Source of the DNA: an uncultured Oligoflexus sp.
GTDB lineage: Bacteria > Bdellovibrionota_B > Oligoflexia > Oligoflexales > Oligoflexaceae
DNA length: 64,000 nt
NCBI GenBank assembly: GCA_964236955.1
Contig: CAXSGP010000006.1
Span: forward strand, 21,617 to 85,616
Direction: 5' to 3'
Within the stretch, counting starts at the first letter, position 1. Every line of letters starts with the position of its first letter. Below the pieces are notes generated by a model. That model made no database searches. It was not told where the DNA came from and worked only from the letters and a program-made list of their open reading frames with translations. The translations under genes and the position numbers were made by a program. Positions 38,766 to 48,107 of the stretch are shown piece by piece.

Positions 38766-39230
38766 GGGCTCTATCTCCTTGAGAAGGCCTTGCCTCGCGG
38801 TGCAAGCGTGGAAACGCCAAGTTTTCTCAACTCTTCCGATTTATGATGATGAAGAGGGTATAAACAAACCCCAGCTATAATTCAAGCGACTGATGCAAGC
38901 TTGGATAAAAAGCAGCAAAGCCTTTTTCTAGGAATCTTGGGTCACAAGGCAATTTGCCTTATTAGCTAAACCCTTAGTTTCCCAGACTCAAAGACTTGGG
39001 CCTTCTCGGAGTTAACTAGCCCTATTTTTTGGCAGAGTCAATTTATGCTGGCAAGCCTTCAACCCGCGTAACTTGAGACCGCCGCATTCCCCATCTTGCT
39101 TAAGATATAGACTTCCATTATGGTCGGCACGAGTGGCGCGAATTCCCAAGGATCCTCGCCAAGCTAGAGGTCCAGGGATCTCCGGCGCGTCATGTCTTTA
39201 TCTCATTGCCTGCTTAGGATGCAAACTTCT

Positions 39231-39647
39231 ATGACAACCGAAGACAGTAAGCCTGCCACCGAGCCAAGGAGCAAAGTGGAAACAATAGCCATGACCCCTG
39301 CCGCAATCCGGCAGGCCAAAGTGATTATGGAAAGGACCGAGGATTTTCCCAAGCTGCCTCTGCGGCTCTATATCGAAGGCAAGGGCTGCGACGGCTTTTA
39401 TTATGGCGTGAACTTTGATAAGGCCGAGTCTGACGACCTCCATTTTGACTTTGAGGGGCTTGACTGCATCGTCGATCCACGCGCCTTTCTCTTTTGCAAA
39501 GGCTCCACCATCGATTGGGTCGACGATGAGAGAGGCCGGGGCTTTCTTGTGGAAAACCCCAGGGAGAAGAGTTTTCGGGGGAAATTCTATAAAAAAAGCA
39601 CCTGGCGCAGCCGTCTCGAGGCTATGGATCAGGGATCCAAGGCCTGA
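39231..39647 (+). CDS. HesB/IscA-family (A-type carrier-like) protein lacking the C-terminal CGC
   Basis: MTPAA, LRLYIEGKGCDGFYYG, DD..F, VDP....GSTIDW, GFLVENP. Confidence 0.8.
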   Translation: MTTEDSKPATEPRSKVETIAMTPAAIRQAKVIMERTEDFPKLPLRLYIEGKGCDGFYYGVNFDKAESDDLHFDFEGLDCIVDPRAFLFCKGSTIDWVDDERGRGFLVENPREKSFRGKFYKKSTWRSRLEAMDQGSKA

Positions 39648-40291
39648 TTTACCAACCGGTAGCCGCCGCCGTAGATACTTTCGATCGTCAGGTGAGAAGC
39701 CATAAGGTTGCGCCGCAAGCGGGAAATATGGGCAGACACGCTCTTCGGCGACACCTTTACATCCTTCCAAATCTCATTGCAGAGATCCTCGTGGCTTAGA
39801 AAGCGATTGTGAAAACGAATCAGATGCCTGAGGATCTGCGACTCCTTGAGGGTCAGATGCAGCCAGTCGCCTTCGGGCAGTACACGCAGGCGATTGCCCT
39901 CATAGTCAAGACATAGATCGGCCAAGGTCAGGCAGCGGGCCGGCTCTTCCTTGTCGCGATGGAGCAAGCGCTGCATGATAAAGGGCAGCTCTCGAAAGGC
40001 GGCTGTATCGAGAAAAAAGGCCTGCGTCGAACCCCGGAGAGCTAAACTTGCCAGGACCACGACCTTAGATTCGGGCCAGTGGATCTCAATAAGTTTTTCC
40101 AGATTTTCCACGTCATCATAAAAGTCATCGCCGTGAATGACAATAGCCTGGGGCTTTACCGAGCTGAGCCGACCGAGCTTTAAAAAGTTTTTGATCGACG
40201 CAAAGGCACGCACGGCCACATCCCCATGCAGGACCGCCGCCAGCGACAGCTCCAGCCGGCCCGGCTTCTCCAAGACCCAGACGATTCCCAT
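39629..40291 (-). CDS. OmpR-type winged-helix regulator with pseudo-receiver domain
   Basis: LTLKESQIL, IW, VSAHISRLRRNL, IESIYGGGYRL; N-terminal receiver lacks the canonical Asp residues. Confidence 0.85.
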   Translation of the reverse strand: MGIVWVLEKPGRLELSLAAVLHGDVAVRAFASIKNFLKLGRLSSVKPQAIVIHGDDFYDDVENLEKLIEIHWPESKVVVLASLALRGSTQAFFLDTAAFRELPFIMQRLLHRDKEEPARCLTLADLCLDYEGNRLRVLPEGDWLHLTLKESQILRHLIRFHNRFLSHEDLCNEIWKDVKVSPKSVSAHISRLRRNLMASHLTIESIYGGGYRLVNQALDP

Positions 40292-40300
40292 AAAGGCTCC

Positions 40301-41485
40301 TCACAAGTCGACTTCGCAGAGGCTAAAGCGGGCGACCGACGAACTGTTGAATCGCGACAGGAAATAATACTTATGGGATGGCTCATGATAAAAGGCGCTT
40401 TCAAACGCTGAGCCCTCCTTAAAAACACCCTGGTAGCCGATCGGTGCGAGTTCGGCGCCATTAAAGCGAAAGGCGGCGATGGAGATCTCGTGGTCGAGCC
40501 ATTGCGGGAGAAAGACCAGAGTTTCTTTGACATTGCCAGCCAGCAGCGGCTGGGCCACATGCACCCGAGTGAGGGGCACGCTCGCCTGGGAATTTTTGCC
40601 AAAGGGATCGTTGCTTGTCATGCCGACGACCTCAAGCGAGGTATTTTCCCAAAGCAAGGAGTCGCCTTTGATGTAGGCAAGGCTTAAACCACGGTCGCTT
40701 TCCAGAAAATTCCAGCTCTCGATCGGCCCTTTTTCATCAAGTTCGATGCTCGCCTCTTTGTTTCCGGCCAGCCATGGCGTGACTTTAAAGCGAGGATCCT
40801 TTTTGCTGGTCGAGAGCCCCCGGTCGAGAGCAAAAATCCAGCGCTTCTTTTGAGCATCGGAAAACGTTGTTGTCTGATTGCCGAGTACGCGGCTCAGTAC
40901 TGTCTGCGCGCCCTTTTCACTATGGATCGGAATCTCGACTTGTTGATAGGGCTGATCGTCGGTCGCTTCGTCGGTTTTATCTTCCCGCACCAGCGCGTAG
41001 AGCTTGTCGTCGGTGAGCTGCCAGCCGCCCAGCTCAAAAGCCTGCAGCTTGGTTGCAAATTGGGCGATCAGAGCATTGTTGGTGAGATCACGCACCTGAA
41101 AAAAAGGTTTGTCCTTGACCAGGGTGTGGATGACAAACACGGTTTTTTTCCCGGAAATTCCTGCACCCATAAAGGTCGAGTCCTGCCCAACAGGCAGCCT
41201 CACCAGACGGTCGGGCCTTAGATCTCCAAGCTTTCGAAAGGCCAAATGATAATAATTTCGCACACCCTTTCGCGACGTAGCTTCCAGTATAAGGCTGGGG
41301 CCGGTGCTTTCAAGGACCCGCACTTTATCGATTCTTAAATCTTCCGGCATCACGGGCAGGTCGCGACAGTCGAGTGTCGAGGCTTTCTCCAACGCGCTCC
41401 ACTCCGATTTAACATCCGGGCGACCCCAGGTCGCACATCCCGAAATGATTACCAAACTCGCAATTTTTAAGCAATTACGATGCAT
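40301..41485 (-). CDS. Hypothetical lipoprotein (beta-rich)
   Basis: Lipobox ISGC; 394-aa ORF. Confidence 0.7.
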   Translation of the reverse strand: MHRNCLKIASLVIISGCATWGRPDVKSEWSALEKASTLDCRDLPVMPEDLRIDKVRVLESTGPSLILEATSRKGVRNYYHLAFRKLGDLRPDRLVRLPVGQDSTFMGAGISGKKTVFVIHTLVKDKPFFQVRDLTNNALIAQFATKLQAFELGGWQLTDDKLYALVREDKTDEATDDQPYQQVEIPIHSEKGAQTVLSRVLGNQTTTFSDAQKKRWIFALDRGLSTSKKDPRFKVTPWLAGNKEASIELDEKGPIESWNFLESDRGLSLAYIKGDSLLWENTSLEVVGMTSNDPFGKNSQASVPLTRVHVAQPLLAGNVKETLVFLPQWLDHEISIAAFRFNGAELAPIGYQGVFKEGSAFESAFYHEPSHKYYFLSRFNSSSVARFSLCEVDL

Positions 41486-41559
41486 CGAAAAGCCTCACAC
41501 ACGCTTAAGTATTTTTTCGAACCGACGATAAAAGCGACAGGTTGTATGGGAATCATTGT

Positions 41560-41889
41560 ATGCGATTATCGAGACTTGACCAAAAACTTTTCCTCTTCGC
41601 CGGCGCTTTAGGGCTGACGGCCTGTCAATCCATAGTTAAATTGGAAACTCGCAAACCGACCCAGGTCCCCTACATTAGAAATTCCGCCAATGAATGCTAT
41701 TACCTCGATGAATTCATGCCGGTTCCCGACTCTATGGTGAGCGGGGAATCGGGCGCGATGAAACTTCGTTACTACACTTACAACATTGCCAATTATAAAG
41801 ATTGGGACAACCGGGAAATAATTCTCTCCTTCTACTCAAGAGATGATAAGTGCTGGTCACTATTTGAAGAATTCTATCTTATTCGCTAA
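41560..41889 (+). CDS. Small hypothetical lipoprotein
   Basis: Lipobox LTAC; two additional Cys. Confidence 0.7.
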   Translation: MRLSRLDQKLFLFAGALGLTACQSIVKLETRKPTQVPYIRNSANECYYLDEFMPVPDSMVSGESGAMKLRYYTYNIANYKDWDNREIILSFYSRDDKCWSLFEEFYLIR

Positions 41890-41979
41890 TCTTCAAACTA
41901 TATTTCTCAAAGCGGGACCTTCGATCTTCGGCCACTTCGAGCTACAATAGATCTACATGCTAGCTTGAGGAGTCACGGG

Positions 41980-43047
41980 GTGGGTCGATTTCCTTCGCCT
42001 TTACATTTAGTTCTCAGCGGACTCTTGGTCTCCTGCGTTAGCGCACCGAAAAAACCCATGCAGGAAGCAGCAGCAGCCACGGGCCAAAAGGAAGCCGATA
42101 CAAAGCTTGCCGAAGTAGCCAACCAATATGCACGCGATGGTCTCTACCGCGAGGCGCTGACCGCGTTCAATCAATTTCTTGAAAAATCCCCAAACGACGC
42201 CGCCGCCTGCCGAACGGTCGGCATAATTTACGTGAAAACCGGTGCCTATAAAAAAGCCACCGAATATCTGGCCAAGGCCTTTGAAACCTTCCCCAACAAC
42301 TATGAAGTGAATTTTTATCTGGGCGAGTCGATGCGCATGCAATCGCGTTACGCGGATGCTATCTACCACTATAAACGCGCTCTGGAAATAGAGCCCAAAA
42401 ACACCCCAGCCCTCAAGGCCTTGAGCTGGAGCTACTACAATATCCGCTACTATTCCGAAGGTCTGCGCACGGCGAAGCAGCTCAAGCAGCTGGCGCCGAA
42501 CGATTTTCAGGTGGCAATCATCACGTCACGCATTTTGAATAAGATCAGTATGAACGATAAGGCGCTGGCCCTTCTCAACCGCTCTGAAACCCTCGCCAAT
42601 GCCGATAGCATTCCTTTCCTAAACAGCGTGAAAGGCGACATCCTGCTGTCGATGGGCGATCGCGAAGCGGCCGAGCAGGCCTATCGCAAGGCTCTTCAGG
42701 ATCAGCCGTTGCTGCCTGGCGCGCTCATCGGCCTCGCCAAAAAGCTGATCGACGATAAGGACAAAAGGAACAACGACACGGCTGTCACCTATCTTGAGCG
42801 GGCGCTGAAGATTCGTCCCAATCTTATCGAGGCCTACTATCTGCTTGGCAAAGCTTTTGCAAAGACCAATCCCGCCAAATCCCTCGAGTACTTTAAGATT
42901 TTCACCAAAGAAGCCTCTTACGATCCCAGCTATCAGCAGGAGCTGGCCGAGATTCGCCCGAAGCTAACCGAAGCACGCAAGGCGACCGAAAACGTCAAGC
43001 GCAGCGAAGCGGTGCCAAGCCGCGATGAGAACGAAGAGCTGTTTTAG
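41980..43047 (+). CDS. TPR-repeat lipoprotein
   Basis: GAGGAG SD before GTG; lipobox VSC; multiple TPRs (A..Y.RAL...P). Confidence 0.85.
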   Translation: MGRFPSPLHLVLSGLLVSCVSAPKKPMQEAAAATGQKEADTKLAEVANQYARDGLYREALTAFNQFLEKSPNDAAACRTVGIIYVKTGAYKKATEYLAKAFETFPNNYEVNFYLGESMRMQSRYADAIYHYKRALEIEPKNTPALKALSWSYYNIRYYSEGLRTAKQLKQLAPNDFQVAIITSRILNKISMNDKALALLNRSETLANADSIPFLNSVKGDILLSMGDREAAEQAYRKALQDQPLLPGALIGLAKKLIDDKDKRNNDTAVTYLERALKIRPNLIEAYYLLGKAFAKTNPAKSLEYFKIFTKEASYDPSYQQELAEIRPKLTEARKATENVKRSEAVPSRDENEELF

Positions 43048-43067
43048 GCAAAAGCCCATGCGAGGGC

Positions 43068-43442
43068 TTAGAGGAGTTTCATCTCTTCTTTTTGAAAGCT
43101 GAGCAGGCTGCGCCGCGCATCAAAGAGGTTTTTGTAAGAATCATAACGCACCTTCAGCCGGTCGGACTCGCGGCGGGCTTCAAGTAGCTTTTCAAGAAAA
43201 CTCAGGTACTCCGGATCGGTCTCGGTCAGGCGCTTGAGCTTGGCTTCGCTCATCTTATCATCGTCGATGCGCAGCGCAATCTGTGCCCGCACGATAGACT
43301 TCATAAGCTCCATATGCTCCGCTATTTTCTTGGCATCGACATAGGCCAGGCCCACCTTGTTGGCGATATGCACGATCTCTTCAAGACCCAGCTTATCCCA
43401 CGATTTTTCTTTAGAATTTTGAGTCTTATCCGCTGGCACCAC
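43068..43442 (-). CDS. Hypothetical helical protein, UvsY-like pattern
   Basis: GGAAAGGA SD before GTG; KMSEAKL......DPEY...L..L..A......KV....RRSLLS..KEE. Confidence 0.65.
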   Translation of the reverse strand: MVPADKTQNSKEKSWDKLGLEEIVHIANKVGLAYVDAKKIAEHMELMKSIVRAQIALRIDDDKMSEAKLKRLTETDPEYLSFLEKLLEARRESDRLKVRYDSYKNLFDARRSLLSFQKEEMKLL

Positions 43443-43639
43443 GGCTGTCCTTTCCAATCGTATCGCTTTTGCAAGCAAAACGATCATCACTGCGCTTGAA
43501 ATGTCGCATGATCTTCCGAATTTAGCCTTAACTTTCGCTTCCGTCAAACCCAGCTCAAGCTTTTTATCACATTGGCCGATAAGCCAATTGGATAGTGTAT
43601 AATAAAATTAGGGTTTACTTGCGAAATTGAGAGTAAATT

Positions 43640-44242
43640 ATGAGCACGCTAACACTCCTAAGTCCCCAAGATTTCTTTAGAACTCAGGTTTGTGCTGCAT
43701 CCAAGACTCTGCAGATCGAGCTGAGTCATGAAATTGAATTTTATCTCGTCAATTTACTCTGCGAATTTATCAATCCCTCGCAACTGGCCATCGACCAGGA
43801 GAATGTCCTTGATACACCGCTGGCCCTGCTTCTTAAAAAGGCTTTGGAATCATCGCCCGATACCCAGATCAAAGTCTTAAAACGCCTTGGCGATACCAGC
43901 CTCTACGTGTCGGGCTACTTCCAGGACAGCTTCAGACGCAAAGCCGTCGACGTCAGCTACTACATCGATATGGGAAGCAACGCTTACGACCATACCGCAC
44001 AGCTGATGCGCTCCTATAAAAACGACAGTCATTTCTCGAAAATATATACGACCCTGGCCCATGAATTTCGTAACCTCGTCGCCCTTATTTCCGAGATCGC
44101 CGAAACCCTGCTCGTCTCGCGCAGCGAGGACCTGCTTGACACTTACATCAAATGGCAAAACACGCAGTCGGTGAAGCTGCGCCGGGTGCTCGAGGACAAA
44201 GGGGTCCTACCGGTGCTCTTTACGGGCAAGCTCTCGTCATGA
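43640..44242 (+). CDS. Hypothetical protein
   Basis: 200-aa ORF: YLVNLL..F, LKRLGDTSLYVSGYFQDS, YYIDMGSNAY. Confidence 0.8.
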   Translation: MSTLTLLSPQDFFRTQVCAASKTLQIELSHEIEFYLVNLLCEFINPSQLAIDQENVLDTPLALLLKKALESSPDTQIKVLKRLGDTSLYVSGYFQDSFRRKAVDVSYYIDMGSNAYDHTAQLMRSYKNDSHFSKIYTTLAHEFRNLVALISEIAETLLVSRSEDLLDTYIKWQNTQSVKLRRVLEDKGVLPVLFTGKLSS

Positions 44243-44877
44243 TCGCCGCCAAACTTATCGAACAGGTCGAAGAGCAGCTGGCTAGAATCTATCGCTTTCC
44301 GCTGCTGACGAGTGCCGTGCCCTACTTTATGAGTCAAGAGCAGCTCATCACGGAATCGCCCTCGGTAAAGGCACCACGGGCTGCCGTCTTTCTCACCCAA
44401 AGCCAGGATGATCTGCAAATCGGTATCCATATCGAAGCGCAGCTCTTCGAGGTTCTTCTGCGCCATGACCCGCAGCATGAACTTAACAGGCAAAACCTTG
44501 ACGCTTACTGTGTTTTGATCGAAGAGCTTTCCCATTTTCACCTGCTGCTGCACCGCTCCCAAAACGAAAGGGGAGTGAGTCAGCTCGAACTCGAGTGGCA
44601 GGGTGAAATCGACAAACTGCTCATCGCCGGCCTGCTGATGTCGGAGCAAAGAAAGGCTTCCTGTTTTGAGCAGCTTTACCGCTCGATCTTTGAAGACTGC
44701 TCGCTTTCCGAAGATCCCGTCTATCAGGAAGCTTCGCATTATGCCGCCAAATGCTGGCACCGGCTCTTGCCGCGCTGCCGCGATCTCGATCGGCTGGCCC
44801 GCCATCTTTTGCCCATTCTGCAGTCCGCCTATCAGGGCAACTGGACCCATAAAGTTCGCATCATTCAAGGCCTATAA
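44239..44877 (+). CDS. Hypothetical protein with zincin-like EELSH...E motif
   Basis: ATGA overlap with upstream gene; IEELSHFH...VSQLELEWQGEIDK...YQEAS. Confidence 0.75.
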   Translation: MIAAKLIEQVEEQLARIYRFPLLTSAVPYFMSQEQLITESPSVKAPRAAVFLTQSQDDLQIGIHIEAQLFEVLLRHDPQHELNRQNLDAYCVLIEELSHFHLLLHRSQNERGVSQLELEWQGEIDKLLIAGLLMSEQRKASCFEQLYRSIFEDCSLSEDPVYQEASHYAAKCWHRLLPRCRDLDRLARHLLPILQSAYQGNWTHKVRIIQGL

Positions 44878-44953
44878 AAATGAAAAGAGCGGACCAAAGC
44901 CCACCCTGATCACAAAGACGATACTATCGACACAAACTCACAGGCTATTTCTC

Positions 44954-46261
44954 TTATTTACGCTCGTTGACGGGCTTGAAATGACGCTCGGTTGCACCCG
45001 TATAGATCTGCCGAGGGCGACCGATTTTGGTGCCTGGGGTTTCAACCATTTCTTTCCACTGAGCTTCCCAACCTGGGAGACGGCCAAGGGCAAACATCAC
45101 GGTGAACATAGTTGTTGGGATATTCAAGGCTTTGTAGATAATGCCCGAGTAGAAGTCGACGTTTGGATAGAGCTTACGATCGACGAAGTACTGATCTTTC
45201 AAAGCTTCTTCTTCAAGACCTTTGGCGATGTCGAGCAGAGGATCCTGGATTTTCAATTTTTGCAGAATGGTATCGCAGGCCTTTTTGATGATTTTTGCGC
45301 GCGGGTCAAAGTTTTTGTAGACGCGATGACCAAAACCCATCAGGCGGAAATTGTCGTCTTTGGTTTTAGCTTTGAGAATAAACTTTTTGTAGCCGCCGCC
45401 GTCCGCTTGGATTTCTTGCAGCATTTCGATAACAGCCTGGTTAGCGCCGCCGTGCAGAGGTCCCCAGAGGGCATCGACACCGGCCGAAATGGAAGCGTAG
45501 AGATTGGCTTTAGAGGAACCCACCATACGTACCGATGACGTCGAGCAGTTTTGCTCATGATCGGCATGCAGGATAAGGAGAATATTCAAAGCTTTGGTGA
45601 CCTCCGGATCCGGCTCTTTGCCGTTCATTTGAAAGAGGAAGTCGGTAACGTAGTCATATTTTTTAGGCTGGGCATCGATCAGCTCTTTGCCCTGGCTCAC
45701 CCGGTATTGGTAGGCCGCAATATTTTTTACTTGCGCCATCAGCTGGGGAAGGACTTCATCCTTCTGAGCCTCGCTTAAATCGCCATCAGAAAATTCGGGA
45801 TGAAAGCCGGACAGGGCGACGACGGAAGAGGCCAAGACGCCCATGGGGTGGGCATCTTTGGGAAAGCATTTGATGATGTTTTTGACGCCGTCTTTCGTTG
45901 TCGAATGCTTGGCCAATTGACCTTCAAACCATTTCAAACGATCGGCCGTTGGCAGTTCGCCGTAGATGAGAAGGTAGGAGACTTCGGTAAAAGTCGATTT
46001 TTCAGCAAGCTCATCAATCGGATAGCCACGATAGCGCAAAATACCTTTTTCGCCATCGAGGAAGGTAACCGCAGAGTTGGTGGATGCTGTGTTCATAAAT
46101 CCATTGTCGATGGTGACTAAGCCGGTCGCATCGCGCAGCTTATTGATGTCAAGGCCTCGTTCATTTTCACTGCCTTCTGTAACTGGCAACTCTATGGTCT
46201 GGCCGTCGAAATGAAGTTCTGCTGGTTTGCTCGTCATAGTAATCTTTCTCGCTACAGTCAT
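44954..46261 (-). CDS. gltA: Citrate synthase
   Basis: LRYRGYPI, AHPM, LHADHEQNCSTS, GPLHGGANQ, MGFGHRVYKNFDPR, YPNVDFYSG, GRPRQIY. Confidence 0.97.
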   Translation of the reverse strand: MTVARKITMTSKPAELHFDGQTIELPVTEGSENERGLDINKLRDATGLVTIDNGFMNTASTNSAVTFLDGEKGILRYRGYPIDELAEKSTFTEVSYLLIYGELPTADRLKWFEGQLAKHSTTKDGVKNIIKCFPKDAHPMGVLASSVVALSGFHPEFSDGDLSEAQKDEVLPQLMAQVKNIAAYQYRVSQGKELIDAQPKKYDYVTDFLFQMNGKEPDPEVTKALNILLILHADHEQNCSTSSVRMVGSSKANLYASISAGVDALWGPLHGGANQAVIEMLQEIQADGGGYKKFILKAKTKDDNFRLMGFGHRVYKNFDPRAKIIKKACDTILQKLKIQDPLLDIAKGLEEEALKDQYFVDRKLYPNVDFYSGIIYKALNIPTTMFTVMFALGRLPGWEAQWKEMVETPGTKIGRPRQIYTGATERHFKPVNERK

Positions 46262-46494
46262 AGTATTCTCCGGTGATCTTTTCATTCATTCTCGAAACAA
46301 CGAGGACGTCTGAATATCGGAGCCCTGAGAATAGAATTTAATGAAAACTGCTAACTCGTTTGATTAATTACCAAGATCCTTGACTTTCCAAGTCCACTCC
46401 CTCCGCTTCCGGAAACGTCCCCGGAAGTCAGAAAGCGGTTTTACGGAACCCAATCAAAGAACTCATTATCACACGATCAGGCAGTTGCCTTAGA

Positions 46495-47556
46495 TCAATT
46501 TGGTGTTGCTCTTCGTTTTTCCCTCAGCCACTCGGCGGCCGTCCCGTCGCTGCGCGCCATCAATTCGGAATCGAGGACTGAAAGCTCCCGCTCAAACTCA
46601 GGATCTGCTGATAAAAGCTTAAAATCCTCGGCTGCCCCTCGAAAATCTTTAAGCTCGAGAGCCAAGCGAAGATGCTGCCAGAGCATTTTCGCATCACCCG
46701 CATCGAGTTCTAAGAGTCGGCCTAAAAAGTAGTAACGCTCTACCGGCCGTTCCGCAGTACCCAGGGCTCGAGCCAGTCGCCATTTCACATAGTAGGGCGA
46801 AGCGCCAACGATCGCCAGCACTACTAAAGCGATCCCTGCTGCCCCGGCCCCTATTCGCGCCCGTAATAAATGCTGTGTCATCAGACGATTTGGCGTCGCC
46901 CGAAGAATTATGTAAGCGGTGGTGACGCCAACTGCCAAGCCGCCCATGTGCGCAGCATTATCAATCTGCGGCACGATAAATCCAAATAAGATATTCGCAA
47001 CGACCATTACCGTGTAGGCGCCTGCTTTAGGTGGGGAGCCGGTTAGCTCTTTGACCCGCTGCTGTATCGTTCGTTCAAAATACCAAGCACAGCCTAGCAA
47101 TCCAAATAACGCACCCGAGGCCCCTACACTTAAGCTGAGGCTCCAAACGGAACTGAGAACGTTACCGCCAAGCCCAGCTAAAAGATAGAGCAGCAAAAAC
47201 TTTCGCGCGCCAAGCAATGCCTCGATCGGATAGGCGACAGCGTAAAGGGCCCAGTTGTTAAACAGGAGGTGAAGAAGATTGCCATGGAGAAACATCGGCG
47301 TAACGAAGCGCCACCATTCCCCACGAGCCAAAAGCACGGACTCTTTTGCGCCCATCTGGATCAAAACAGCGACGGGTATTTCGCTGAGTGTGGCCTTTGG
47401 GCTCAGCAAGATTTCAAGGATAAAGACGAGGACATTGATGGCAATCAGACGCCCTGACCAGGTCTTTAAAACAAAATCAAAACCCTTCGGCTGAATGACC
47501 GGAGGCAGCAGGACGGAAGGAGGTTCAGGGGCAGTTTCCACGGGACGATGATACAC
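46495..47556 (-). CDS. Rhomboid intramembrane serine protease
   Basis: WWRFVTPMFLH...HLLFN, GASG, AHMGG. Confidence 0.92.
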   Translation of the reverse strand: MYHRPVETAPEPPSVLLPPVIQPKGFDFVLKTWSGRLIAINVLVFILEILLSPKATLSEIPVAVLIQMGAKESVLLARGEWWRFVTPMFLHGNLLHLLFNNWALYAVAYPIEALLGARKFLLLYLLAGLGGNVLSSVWSLSLSVGASGALFGLLGCAWYFERTIQQRVKELTGSPPKAGAYTVMVVANILFGFIVPQIDNAAHMGGLAVGVTTAYIILRATPNRLMTQHLLRARIGAGAAGIALVVLAIVGASPYYVKWRLARALGTAERPVERYYFLGRLLELDAGDAKMLWQHLRLALELKDFRGAAEDFKLLSADPEFERELSVLDSELMARSDGTAAEWLREKRRATPN

Positions 47557-47642
47557 AGCCAGCCCCTTCCATGAATGTCAGCCGAGGACAGCTGAGCGCA
47601 GCCCGTGCTTCGCCAATTCGCAGCACTCTCGACAGCGGCACC

Positions 47643-48092
47643 TTAAAATACCTGATAATCAGCTTGAGGGGCATGCATTTCCAGCCATCGAGCCCCACGA
47701 ATTTCGCGGGTCTCAAAGTTTTTCGACAGCATCCAGATCGGCGTCAGGCCATAGTCTTGCGATGGCATAAACAGGAGAACCTGCGTGATCTCCTGCTCTT
47801 TCGCGTGGCTCTTGATGACTTCAGCTGCGAGCTTGAGCACCTGGCCTTCTTGAATTTTGACGTTGAGTCCCTCCGAACTCAAGACCAAAAGATCGTGAAC
47901 GCCGTCTTTTGCCTCGGCAGCAAAATGGATGAGGTATTCGTTTTCTACCTTTTTTTCAATGGCGGCCACTTTATAAAGACCTGAGACCCGCTCGGCCTGG
48001 TCTTTTGGAGCTTGCTGGGCGTAGCCGACTGTGAAAGCGCCAAACCCTAGCACACACCCGAGCAGCCCACTCATAATCATACGCATACACAC
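47643..48092 (-). CDS. Hypothetical secreted protein
   Basis: Signal peptide ending GYA; downstream of hutH on the same strand. Confidence 0.65.
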   Translation of the reverse strand: MCMRMIMSGLLGCVLGFGAFTVGYAQQAPKDQAERVSGLYKVAAIEKKVENEYLIHFAAEAKDGVHDLLVLSSEGLNVKIQEGQVLKLAAEVIKSHAKEQEITQVLLFMPSQDYGLTPIWMLSKNFETREIRGARWLEMHAPQADYQVF

Positions 48093-48107
48093 CCCTTATT
48101 TGCTTAC

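Noticed and set aside
41980..43047. TPR lipoprotein as a Tgl/PilF pilotin
   Set aside because: Only generic TPR features; no diagnostic residues or pil context
44666..45538. Long antisense ORFs (also 4797-5423, 12836-13606, 30638-31396, 44143-44868, 62316-62939)
   Set aside because: Each shadows a better-supported gene on the other strand and has no recognisable motifs
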